Assembly: GCA_045863235.1 (NCBI GenBank)
Contig: BTUM01000056.1
Coordinates: 1 to 52,686, forward strand
Length of the DNA stretch: 52,686 nucleotides
From: Candidatus Xenobia bacterium
GTDB lineage: Bacteria > Vulcanimicrobiota > Xenobia > Xenobiales > QWHO01
Direction of reading: 5' to 3'
The position numbers and the translations under genes are program-made. This document shows positions 9,166-17,556 of the stretch, piece after piece; positions within the stretch are counted from its first letter, which is position 1, and each line of letters opens with the position of its first letter. Below the pieces are notes generated by a model that made no database searches, was not told the origin of the DNA, and saw only the letters and a list, made by a program, of their open reading frames with translations.

Positions 9166-10233
9166 TCACGGCGCCATCCAGTGGCGCTGAAGGTATCCCT
9201 GCACCAGCAGGTCCGTTCCCAGGCTCTGGCAGGTCATGTCCTCGAGCACCCAACCTCGGGTGACCTCCTCAACTCCTTCGCCTTCCAGGCCGGTGGGGGC
9301 GCGCTCGCCTCCCAGCAGGCGGGGAGCGACGAAGCAGGCCACTTTGTCTACCAAACCGGCGGCAACCGCCGAGGCATTCAGGGTGCCGCCTCCTTCGAGC
9401 AGCACGCCGGTCAGTCCCTCCTGGCCCAGACGTTGCAGGAGTTGGGCCAGGTCGTGGTTGAGCCAGACCTCCACCCCGCGTTCCTTCAACCCGGCGCGCC
9501 AGGCAGCCGGGCTCTGCTCGGAGGTGGCCAGGATGCGCCGGGCGCCCGGCTCGAACAGCCGGCTGGTCAGCGGGGAGCGCCCCCGACGGTCGACCACCAC
9601 CCGGGCCGGCTGACTGGCTCCCTCGAGCCGGGCGGTGAGGCGCGGATCATCTCGCAGCAGGGTGCCGCTCCCCACCAGGACGGCCGCCAGCTGGCTGCGC
9701 TGGCGGTGCACCCAGTGACGCGACTGGGAGCTGGAGATCCAGTGCGAGTGACCGGTGCGGGTGGCGATCTTGCCATCCAGCGACATGGCATACTTCATGA
9801 CCACGAACGGGCGGCCGGTCTTCACCCAGGTGAAGAACTCCTCGTTCTGGCGGGCGCAGTCGGGGCAATCGAGCACCTCCACCTCGATCCCCGCCTGGCG
9901 CAGGGCGGTCAGCCCGTCCACCCGGGGGTTGGGATCGCGCGCCCCCACCACGACCCGGCTCACTCCGGCGGCGATGAGGGCCCGGGTGCAGGGTGGAGTG
10001 CGCCCATAGTGGCTGCAGGGCTCCAGGGTGACGTAGAGGGTGGCTCCCCGGGCCGCCTCGCCGGCCTCGCGCAGGGCCACCACCTCGGCGTGCGGACCGC
10101 CGGCTCTCTCGTGCCAGCCCCGGCCCACCACCTCGCGGCCGCGCACCAGCACCGCCCCCACCAGAGGGTTGGGGCGAGTGCCGCCGCGGCCCTGCTCGGC
10201 CAGTTGCCGGGCCTGGTCCATCCAGGAGATCAC
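9166..10233 (-). CDS. ribD: Bifunctional riboflavin deaminase/reductase RibD
   Basis: PNPLVGAV, HAE, TLEPCSHYGRTPPC, KYAMSLDGKIAT, LEGGG; start GTG 10233 or ATG 10221. Confidence 0.97.
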   Translation of the reverse strand: MISWMDQARQLAEQGRGGTRPNPLVGAVLVRGREVVGRGWHERAGGPHAEVVALREAGEAARGATLYVTLEPCSHYGRTPPCTRALIAAGVSRVVVGARDPNPRVDGLTALRQAGIEVEVLDCPDCARQNEEFFTWVKTGRPFVVMKYAMSLDGKIATRTGHSHWISSSQSRHWVHRQRSQLAAVLVGSGTLLRDDPRLTARLEGASQPARVVVDRRGRSPLTSRLFEPGARRILATSEQSPAAWRAGLKERGVEVWLNHDLAQLLQRLGQEGLTGVLLEGGGTLNASAVAAGLVDKVACFVAPRLLGGERAPTGLEGEGVEEVTRGWVLEDMTCQSLGTDLLVQGYLQRHWMAP

Positions 10234-10329
10234 GGGCGGCCGTTCGGCAACCGGGGGTGAACTCCCGCGGACCACAAAGTTAACATGCTCGTCACCATCG
10301 CGTCGTGCTGCCAGGGTATCCTCCCGGGC

Positions 10330-11349
10330 ATGAAGATCTCCGCCGCCGCTCTGCCCCCGGTCTTATCCTTCAAGCGCCGCGAATTGCTCGGGCCGGTCAT
10401 CGACGACGTGCTTTTGATCGGCGAGTATGCTGGCGTTGGCACCGCCTACAAGATGATCGGAGCTCGGGTCGAGGCCGCCGAGGCGAAAGAGAATCCCCTC
10501 AAGGACATGCCCCGGGTCAAGCTGCAGCGCTCCTTCGTGATGGTACCCGGCTGGACCACGAACCTGGAGCGCTTCGAGGCGCTGGGCCGCCACCTCACCA
10601 AAGGCGGCCTGAACGGCGGCACCATCCACTTCATCAAGGATGGGCAGTTCTACTTCGACCGCAACTGCACACGGCCCCGCGACGCCTCCAGCATCAGCAA
10701 AGAGGCCCGGGTCTTCGAGGTGCTCTTCAACGATCCCCACGATCCTCCGCCTGAGATGAAGGCCCAGCTGACCCGGAACTTTGCGGCCATCTCAGCCATC
10801 ACTGGCGAGAACAAGCTGGACGTGGACGCTTACAGCATGGGAGGCCTGGGCACGAGGCTCTACCTCGACGAGGGGGGCGACAAGGTGGGGCGCCTGATGT
10901 TGCTGGGCTCCCCTGCCAAAGGCTCGCGCTTTGCCGACCTGTCACGCCAGATTCTCGAGCGCGACATCAAGTGGGCTATCGACATGGGCGGGCTCAAGGT
11001 GGCCGACCTGCCGGCCCTGACCTGGCTCTCGGTGGATGATGGAAAGGGTATCAACAATCCTCACCTGACCGAGCTGAACGCCAACTGGTCGCGCCAGAAG
11101 GCCAACCTGGAGGCAGTCGTGGCCGTGGGCGGGGGCGGAGTGGTGACCCCCAAACCAGGGCTGATCAACGTGGGAGCTGGCGACGGGCTGGTGCCGGTCG
11201 GACACCTGGCCCCTCCCGGGGAGACGGCAGTGGTAGTCGACGGGCTGACCCACCACGGCTACCTCAACTCCAACCCCAAGGTTTTCCAGGAAATGCAGAA
11301 GTTCTTCGGCTGGCAGCCGGTCGATTCCCAGGAAACCGGCCCTCGCTGA
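10330..11349 (+). CDS. Alpha/beta-hydrolase (lipase/esterase-like)
   Basis: VMVPGW oxyanion region, nucleophile elbow AYSMGG, LLGSPAKGS, GDGLVP and C-terminal His. Confidence 0.8.
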   Translation: MKISAAALPPVLSFKRRELLGPVIDDVLLIGEYAGVGTAYKMIGARVEAAEAKENPLKDMPRVKLQRSFVMVPGWTTNLERFEALGRHLTKGGLNGGTIHFIKDGQFYFDRNCTRPRDASSISKEARVFEVLFNDPHDPPPEMKAQLTRNFAAISAITGENKLDVDAYSMGGLGTRLYLDEGGDKVGRLMLLGSPAKGSRFADLSRQILERDIKWAIDMGGLKVADLPALTWLSVDDGKGINNPHLTELNANWSRQKANLEAVVAVGGGGVVTPKPGLINVGAGDGLVPVGHLAPPGETAVVVDGLTHHGYLNSNPKVFQEMQKFFGWQPVDSQETGPR

Positions 11350-11455
11350 CAAAGTCGCTTCTCCCTGCAGTTTCGCCCTGGCGGGACCGGGGACAGTCTG
11401 TTGAACGGCGCCGCGCCCATTCCTGAGGCGTTCAACGTCAGGAGGATGATCGAAC

Positions 11456-12535
11456 TTGCTCCGATTTCGGATCCTTTTGCTGGGGCTGGCCGCCAGCCTG
11501 ATGCTCCCGGTTCTGGCTCAACCCATCGGCGTGCGGCTAACCGCCTCCCAACTGCGCGAGAAAGGCATCAACACGCACACCTTTCGCCCCGTCGCGTTCA
11601 CCTCCGACGGGTTGACCCTGATCGCTCAGGAGAAGACTCCCCCCTCCGAGCGCATCAAGGGCAAGCTCAACCGCCTCTGGAAGGTGACCTACGGGGTGGA
11701 GGGAGCGGTGCGCGCGATGGAGAGCATCGAGGTGAACGTGCCTTCCATCGAAGCCCTGGCCCTGACCCCGGACGACAAGACGGCGGTGATCGCGACCCTC
11801 ACGGGAGCCACCTTCATGCGGGTGCCGCTCGACGGCGGCCCCATCACCCCCATCATGGAGCACAAGCGAGGCCAGCCAGGCTTTCGCGGCAACCCGAGCT
11901 ACCTGCGACCCATCACCGGCGACATCCTCACGATGGGCTACTTCTATGACAAGGACGACTTTTCGGGCGACAACCTGCTGGCCACCCTGAACGCTGGCGC
12001 CACCGGCCAGGACGCCTTCACGCCCGGCGGGGACATCCAGAAGCTGGAGAAGGACATCCCCGGCTTTTACGCATCCAACTACACCGGGCCGCGCAGCGGC
12101 TACCTGGCCGCTCGCCAGGGCACCCGGTCGCAGCTCTACTGGTGGGACGGACAGACCCCCCGCGTCGTGGACGAGGGAGACAAGCTCAGCTCGTTCTGGG
12201 CCTCCCAGGACCGCGTCTGCTATACGATCCACCGCACCACGGGCAGCCACGCGATGTTCTATGACGCTACCCGCGGCCAACAGGTGGAGTTGGGCAAAGG
12301 AGGCAACTTCGCCTATCCATTCCTGTCCGACGACGGTCGCGCCGCAGTGGTGTGCCAGCTCGACCTGGCCCAGGCCAAGATGGACGTGCTGTGCGCCAAG
12401 GAGAACGACAGCTGGAAGCTCAAGCCGGTGCCCAGCCTGCAAAAGGTCAAGATGGGGGCCATCCGGGTTTCCCCCAACGGACGCTTCATGGCCTTCTACA
12501 ACGGGGACTTCCTGCAGTTCGTCGAGCTGCCCTGA
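11456..12535 (+). CDS. Secreted beta-propeller-like protein
   Basis: Signal peptide (RILLLGLAASLMLPVLA-Q); TolB/WD-like turns FTSDG, LTPDD, LSDDG, VSPNG; AGGAGG RBS. Confidence 0.7.
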   Translation: MLRFRILLLGLAASLMLPVLAQPIGVRLTASQLREKGINTHTFRPVAFTSDGLTLIAQEKTPPSERIKGKLNRLWKVTYGVEGAVRAMESIEVNVPSIEALALTPDDKTAVIATLTGATFMRVPLDGGPITPIMEHKRGQPGFRGNPSYLRPITGDILTMGYFYDKDDFSGDNLLATLNAGATGQDAFTPGGDIQKLEKDIPGFYASNYTGPRSGYLAARQGTRSQLYWWDGQTPRVVDEGDKLSSFWASQDRVCYTIHRTTGSHAMFYDATRGQQVELGKGGNFAYPFLSDDGRAAVVCQLDLAQAKMDVLCAKENDSWKLKPVPSLQKVKMGAIRVSPNGRFMAFYNGDFLQFVELP

Positions 12536-12848
12536 GAACTCGGGACCCGGAGCGAGCACGACCCGGCTTGCTTGTCGGAGTCCGGAATGCGCCCGGATGT
12601 GCGGGGAACTCTCCGCACATTTCTGATCTCGGGTGGGCCCGGCCCGCGGTCATCCGGGCTGTCCGGGAGGGTGCGCGCGGACATGCCGGAAACCTTTTCC
12701 TTGTCCGGCTGCGCTTCCAGACTCTATTGCATGGACGACAAAGTGCGTTTCGAATTCTGCCAAGAAACACGGCCATTCCCGTCCAATACGCAGGATTCCC
12801 GCGAGTGCACCCTTTTCTGGGGGCAATCTGAGTGGTATGTTTTGCGAC

Positions 12849-13316
12849 GTGAGTCGTCAGCAAGGCTTCAGCCTGTCGGAGATCATGATCGCCATCGGTG
12901 CGTTCGTTGCAGCCATTTTGATCGTCCTGGCGCTTTCCATCTCGCTGACTCGCATGAATCGCGAAACGGTCGACCGGTCGGTGGCCACTTCGTTGGGAAC
13001 CCGAGTGCTCGAGCGCACTTTGCGCGAGATCCGCACGAGCGACGTACCGGTGACCCAGGCCAGTTTCTGGCAAAACGATTACCCGACCGGCTCGCCCCTG
13101 GCCACCGGCACGGTCCGGGTCGGAACAACCGACTTCTCTTACCAGATCACGGCCATGACGGTGATGTCGGGGGCCAACCCGGTCGGCTCGCTGGCTCCTG
13201 ACAACCGCCTCAAGCGCGTCTCCATCGAACTCGAATGGTATGGCGGGGAACGGGCCGGCTACGGGCGCACGAGCGCCCGCTTGACGCGCCTGGTTCGGCA
13301 GGGAGAGGAATGGTGA
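12849..13316 (+). CDS. Type IV minor pilin, PilV-like
   Basis: Prepilin site RQQG-FSLSE followed by hydrophobic helix; C-terminal LKRVSIELEW; start GTG 12849 or ATG 12838. Confidence 0.85.
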   Translation: MSRQQGFSLSEIMIAIGAFVAAILIVLALSISLTRMNRETVDRSVATSLGTRVLERTLREIRTSDVPVTQASFWQNDYPTGSPLATGTVRVGTTDFSYQITAMTVMSGANPVGSLAPDNRLKRVSIELEWYGGERAGYGRTSARLTRLVRQGEEW

Positions 13317-14119
13317 AGTGGCGCGGGTTCACCATCCAGGAGGTGCTGGTCAGCATGGCGATCTTCTCCGCCATGATGATCGTTCTGCTGGTCTGCCTGT
13401 CCCAGGCCAGCACCATCTGGCGACGCTCGTCCGGCCTTGCGGTGGCCCAGCATCAGCTGGCTCGAGCCTCCGAGGCCTTGAGCCTGGACCTGCGTCGGGC
13501 GAGTTGGGACGAGCTGGCCGCGGGCCCGGGCCCGGCCAGCCTTTCAGCCACGCCCGACGGCTCGGCGATCTGGTTCTTGTCCCCCGTGGACCCGGCCACC
13601 GGGCAATCTCTGCGCAAGGCCGACGGCAGCCCCTTCTGGCAGTGCAACATCCTTTATTACGCGGTCGTCCCCGATCTGCACGACCAGACCTTCGGCATGA
13701 GCTGCGCGGGTGGGGCGGGACCCAACGGGCTGGATGATCGCTGCCCCCACAAGGTCCTGGTGCGCAAGGTGATCGACTCGGGGCCCGCGACGATACCGGC
13801 GGACGAGACCACCGAGGAGACGCTCCTGGGAGCCGGCCCGGTTGCCGCGTACCTGACCCGGCCGCAGGGTTACGACCTTTCGAACCTGAGTGCCGAGCCG
13901 GGAGTGAGGTCCGTCGAGCTGCGGGGCAACAGCCTGCTGCAGCTGTCTTTTCGCCGGGCGCCAGACCCTGCAGTATCGGACCGTGAGGTCGAGCTCGACC
14001 TGCGCGCGCTGATCATTCCGGCTGCACGCCGCGAGCTGGCGGTCGGACAGGTGTCCCTGGCGGACAGCGCGTTCACGATACGCAGACTGCTGTCGGTCTT
14101 TCCCCAGAACGGAGGATGA
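13310..14119 (+). CDS. Type IV minor pilin, PilW/PulJ-like
   Basis: KWRG-FTIQEVLVSMAIF, followed by LSLDLRRA; overlaps the previous stop. Confidence 0.85.
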   Translation: MVKWRGFTIQEVLVSMAIFSAMMIVLLVCLSQASTIWRRSSGLAVAQHQLARASEALSLDLRRASWDELAAGPGPASLSATPDGSAIWFLSPVDPATGQSLRKADGSPFWQCNILYYAVVPDLHDQTFGMSCAGGAGPNGLDDRCPHKVLVRKVIDSGPATIPADETTEETLLGAGPVAAYLTRPQGYDLSNLSAEPGVRSVELRGNSLLQLSFRRAPDPAVSDREVELDLRALIIPAARRELAVGQVSLADSAFTIRRLLSVFPQNGG

Positions 14120-14120
14120 G

Positions 14121-16310
14121 GTGGCTGTTATGAATTTGAGACGGCGCGGAATTTACTTGGTCACCAGCCTCATCTTCGCGCTCATGGTGGTGATGTTCGT
14201 GAGTGCGGGGTTGATGCTCGGGCGCGGCGGCACCCACGCGGCGGTGCACGCGGCGGACCTGGAAGCGGCCGATTTGGCCGCCCAGTCGGGCCTGCAGTAC
14301 TGTCTGGCGCGGCTGGTCGAGAATCCTGCCTGGCGTGGCAATGGAAACGCTCGCGTCGTAGACACGCCTGAACTCGTAGTCGAAGAAGACAATGGAAACA
14401 TTGTCGGGCTCATCCTCGACCAGGGACGCGTGAGCCAGTTCCGAGTGCGCTTCAACTATCAAGACGATGCGCACGGAGATGCGGACGGCACTCCCGATCC
14501 GGCCCTGACCATCCAGCATCCCTTCGTCTCCGTCAACAACCTCGTCAGCGGCGGCTCGGCCGGGCTGCCCCGAGCGGACGGACCCGCCTACTCCGTTCTG
14601 CCGACCAGCCCTCGCCCCGCCAACATTCCCGGCCACTCGGTCGCCCTGCTGGTGGAAGGTCGCACCGGCCCCGGCCTGCGCGACCACACCGGGGCCGCTC
14701 CCAATGCCGCGCCTGCTGGCAGTGTGCACACGCGGGTCCTCGAGGCGACCTACCGGGTCGAGCACTTGCCGGGAGCGAACGCCGTGGCCCAGGGGGGGAG
14801 CCACATCGAGGCCCGGCTCCAGGACGTCGCCGGGGTGATGAGCGTGACCTCGGCCAGCGGCGGGGAGACTCCCCGGGTTCGCAGCAAGGGCACGGTCAGC
14901 GTCACAAACCCTGACGGCAGCGCGCTGGCCAACTACGCGTCCGATGGCGGAGAGGTTCTGAGCGGCCCCGGAGCGCTGAATGCGAACTACGACGCCGGGC
15001 AGGTCACGGTCAATACGGAAGCCGCAGGCTCGGGCTTTTACAACCTCACCTGGAGCGACGTCAAGAAGGCCGACGCCAGTGACCCCACCTTGCCGGCCGG
15101 AACCTACGTCTGGTGGGATGACGGCACGCTGCATTACTACGACATGAACTATTCGGATTACGTTACGTTCATCGAAGGCAGTCCGACCAGTGGCGGAACT
15201 CTGGTGGATCCGAGCTCGCTGCCTTCCGGGTTGTCCGTCGACCTTGCCGCCCGCAAGGTCACCATCACGGGCGATCTGTCCATCGCGCCCACCGGAGCTG
15301 GAAGCACGGATTTTGCGATGATCCCGCGCAGCGGAGCTCAGGAAGAGCCCGACTCGGCGGCGGCGGGCGGCCCGGCTCCCGCGCTCCCGGCGGCTCCTCC
15401 GGCCGACGCTGCCGGCGCGGCTGCCTACTTCAATGCCATGGGCGATTTCAACGTGGGCTCCCCCTTTCACCAGTTGTTGATGACACTCGGCCCGACCGGG
15501 ACGATCGACGATGGGAGCGGCAACACCATCAACTGGGACGGCAGCAACCTGAACATGAACAACGATAAGCTCGCCGCAATGCAGCACTTCTTCTCGGGAG
15601 GCAACTTCCACACCGTGACCCCGCCTCCGGTCCTGGTCAACGGCAGCAACAGTCCCTTCACGCTCAACATCGCGAACTTCAATAGCTGGGTCAGCGGTGC
15701 ACCGTTGGGCGGGCAACCGCAGGGCGAGCTCAACCTGGGCGCGGTCACAGATAGCCTGACGGTAAAGGACCTGGAGGTCCACTTCCAACCCCCCAGCGGA
15801 CAGTCGGCCACCCTGTCCGCCACCGGCAACGTGCGGATCGGCGCCGGAGTCTTCGGAGAGGGCGGCTCGATCACGTCCGAAGGCGAGATTCGCATCGTGG
15901 GAGCGCGCACGGACCTGGCTGCCAACCCGAACGGGGTCGAAGGCGTCAACCTCTATGCCAAAGGCGACATCGTCTTGAGCGCTCTGGTGCCGGACACGGC
16001 CAGCCCCGGCAACTTCCAATACGAGAGCTTCAACCTGAAGGGCGTCGTCTACACCTGGGGCAACTTCGTTGCCCAGCTTGGCTATCAGGGACCCGATGTC
16101 GGCGCCTGGGGCGATCTCAACATCCACGGTGCCATCATCGCCTACGGCGGAGATCCAGCCACGCAGCAACCGGGGGACGGGGGTGGAGGGGCCATCCGGG
16201 TTACGGCCCACGGGGCCAACTTCGTCTATGACCCCGCCTATCTGTTGGGGGTCCACCAAACCCTGCCACCCAGTCCGCTCAGTCCGCTTTACTGGGATCG
16301 ACTTCACTGA
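14121..16310 (+). CDS. Large PilX-like minor pilin with extended C-terminal domains
   Basis: RRRG-IYLVTSL without Glu5, AADLAAQSGLQY typical of the PilX N-terminus; GGAGG RBS. Confidence 0.75.
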   Translation: MAVMNLRRRGIYLVTSLIFALMVVMFVSAGLMLGRGGTHAAVHAADLEAADLAAQSGLQYCLARLVENPAWRGNGNARVVDTPELVVEEDNGNIVGLILDQGRVSQFRVRFNYQDDAHGDADGTPDPALTIQHPFVSVNNLVSGGSAGLPRADGPAYSVLPTSPRPANIPGHSVALLVEGRTGPGLRDHTGAAPNAAPAGSVHTRVLEATYRVEHLPGANAVAQGGSHIEARLQDVAGVMSVTSASGGETPRVRSKGTVSVTNPDGSALANYASDGGEVLSGPGALNANYDAGQVTVNTEAAGSGFYNLTWSDVKKADASDPTLPAGTYVWWDDGTLHYYDMNYSDYVTFIEGSPTSGGTLVDPSSLPSGLSVDLAARKVTITGDLSIAPTGAGSTDFAMIPRSGAQEEPDSAAAGGPAPALPAAPPADAAGAAAYFNAMGDFNVGSPFHQLLMTLGPTGTIDDGSGNTINWDGSNLNMNNDKLAAMQHFFSGGNFHTVTPPPVLVNGSNSPFTLNIANFNSWVSGAPLGGQPQGELNLGAVTDSLTVKDLEVHFQPPSGQSATLSATGNVRIGAGVFGEGGSITSEGEIRIVGARTDLAANPNGVEGVNLYAKGDIVLSALVPDTASPGNFQYESFNLKGVVYTWGNFVAQLGYQGPDVGAWGDLNIHGAIIAYGGDPATQQPGDGGGGAIRVTAHGANFVYDPAYLLGVHQTLPPSPLSPLYWDRLH

Positions 16311-16704
16311 TCCACTGACTGAGCAGGCTACCGGGCGCCTGGTTTTCCATTGCCCGCCACCTCTCGAATCGGACCCGTTGACGCGCCGATGGCCATGAAT
16401 CACGCTGGCCCATTCCGAGCCCAGGCCGATCCGGAATGGTGCGCACCCACGTGCGCGTGGCCGGTCCAGGGGAAAAACTGAGCGATTTTCCCTTGCAGCG
16501 AGAGACCGGATCCCACTACCATATACTCACAACGAGAACAATCTTGAGCCTGTTGGTCGGGAGTGTTCTCTGCAGCGGTTGTCCGCCCCCGAGCCGCCCG
16601 CCTGAACACGTGCAGGTGATGAGCCTGATGCGGTTCTAAAAATTTCCCGGCGGGAGATAACCTTCAGAGAGGACAAGCTCTCCGGGTGCCGGGTGGGATG
16701 AGCC

Positions 16705-16763
16705 GCGCTAATGTGCTCGCACTTTGGTTTTGCACATCAGCACAATCTGACGAACGCGCGGGA
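16705..16763 (+). repeat. Left arm of inverted repeat flanking the TA module
   Basis: gcgctaatgtgctcgca (16705-16721) and tgacgaacgcgc (16748-16759) are exact reverse complements of 17540-17556 and 17526-17537. Confidence 0.75.
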
Positions 16764-16822
16764 GTGTAACGACGAAGCTCGGCCTGACACCAATGGCGGC
16801 GGAACAGGGGATTTCCTTCCAG

Positions 16823-16844
16823 GGTAAGAGAATATGATCATACC
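16823..16844 (+). promoter_or_regulatory. Putative -10 element and palindromic operator of the TA operon
   Basis: TATGAT at 16833-16838 inside palindrome TATGATCATA, 6 nt before the ATG; no RBS, so probably leaderless. Confidence 0.5.
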
Positions 16845-17180
16845 ATGCCATCCTCACGAGTTACCGTGACGTTGCCGGACGAGCTCTTGCAAGAGATCGA
16901 CCGTCAGGATCGCAACCGAAGCCGGTTCATCCAGGAAGCCGTCGTGCAAGAGTTGGATCGGCGAAGGAAGGAGCTTTTGCTGGCATCTCTCGAGAATCCA
17001 CATCCAGAATCCACCGAGATGGAGCAGCGGGGTTTGGAGGAGTGGCTTGCCAACGCAGACTCCGATGACACAAACCTGGTGGACATGGAGCTGTTCCAGC
17101 CCGTTCGCTGGACCTCCGAGGACGGCTGGAAGGAGCAATGCCGCCGTGGAGCGAGGAACCGTCGTTCTGGTCGGACTTGA
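16845..17180 (+). CDS. Ribbon-helix-helix (CopG family) antitoxin
   Basis: RVTVTLPDELLQEID...NRSRFIQEAV RHH signature, acidic C-terminal half, upstream of a MazF-type toxin. Confidence 0.88.
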   Translation: MPSSRVTVTLPDELLQEIDRQDRNRSRFIQEAVVQELDRRRKELLLASLENPHPESTEMEQRGLEEWLANADSDDTNLVDMELFQPVRWTSEDGWKEQCRRGARNRRSGRT

Positions 17181-17481
17181 CCCGACCCTGGGACACGAGC
17201 AAAAGGGCACTCGCCCCTGCGTCGTGATCAGCGATCCGCTTGTCCTGAACACGCAGCGCTTTCCCCTTGTCGGGGTGGTGCCCCTGACGAGCACACCCGG
17301 AGAAGGCGCGCTCTATCCCGCTCTCGAGCCCGGACCGTCGGGCCTGCGCCATCGCTCCTGGGCTCTGATCGACCACGTGCGGGCAGTGGACAAACAGCGG
17401 ATCCTGGGTCGATTTGGCGTTCTTGCCGCGCCTGAGCTGGCCTCCATCGACCTGGGCCTGCGGCTCTTTCTGGGCCTTTAA
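17146..17481 (+). CDS. PemK/MazF family endoribonuclease toxin
   Basis: RGTVVLVGLDPTLGHEQKGTRPCVVIS, VVPLTS, DHVRAVDKQR. Confidence 0.93.
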   Translation: MERGTVVLVGLDPTLGHEQKGTRPCVVISDPLVLNTQRFPLVGVVPLTSTPGEGALYPALEPGPSGLRHRSWALIDHVRAVDKQRILGRFGVLAAPELASIDLGLRLFLGL

Positions 17482-17521
17482 GGCGCAAGGCCATTGCACT
17501 TTAAGGCGCCGCGAACGCCGT

Positions 17522-17556
17522 TCCGGCGCGTTCGTCAATTGCGAGCACATTAGCGC
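17522..17556 (-). repeat. Right arm of inverted repeat flanking the TA module
   Basis: Matches the left arm at 16705-16763; overlaps the stop codon of the sugar dehydrogenase gene. Confidence 0.75.

Noticed and set aside
1643..16675. 13-bp inverted match ttcagagaggaca between 1643-1655 and 16663-16675
   Set aside because: Matches of this length are expected by chance in a 52-kb window.
16705..17556. Integron attC or dif/pdif sites around the TA pair
   Set aside because: No RYYYAAC...GTTRRRY pairing, no XerC/XerD-like 11-6-11 site and no integrase.
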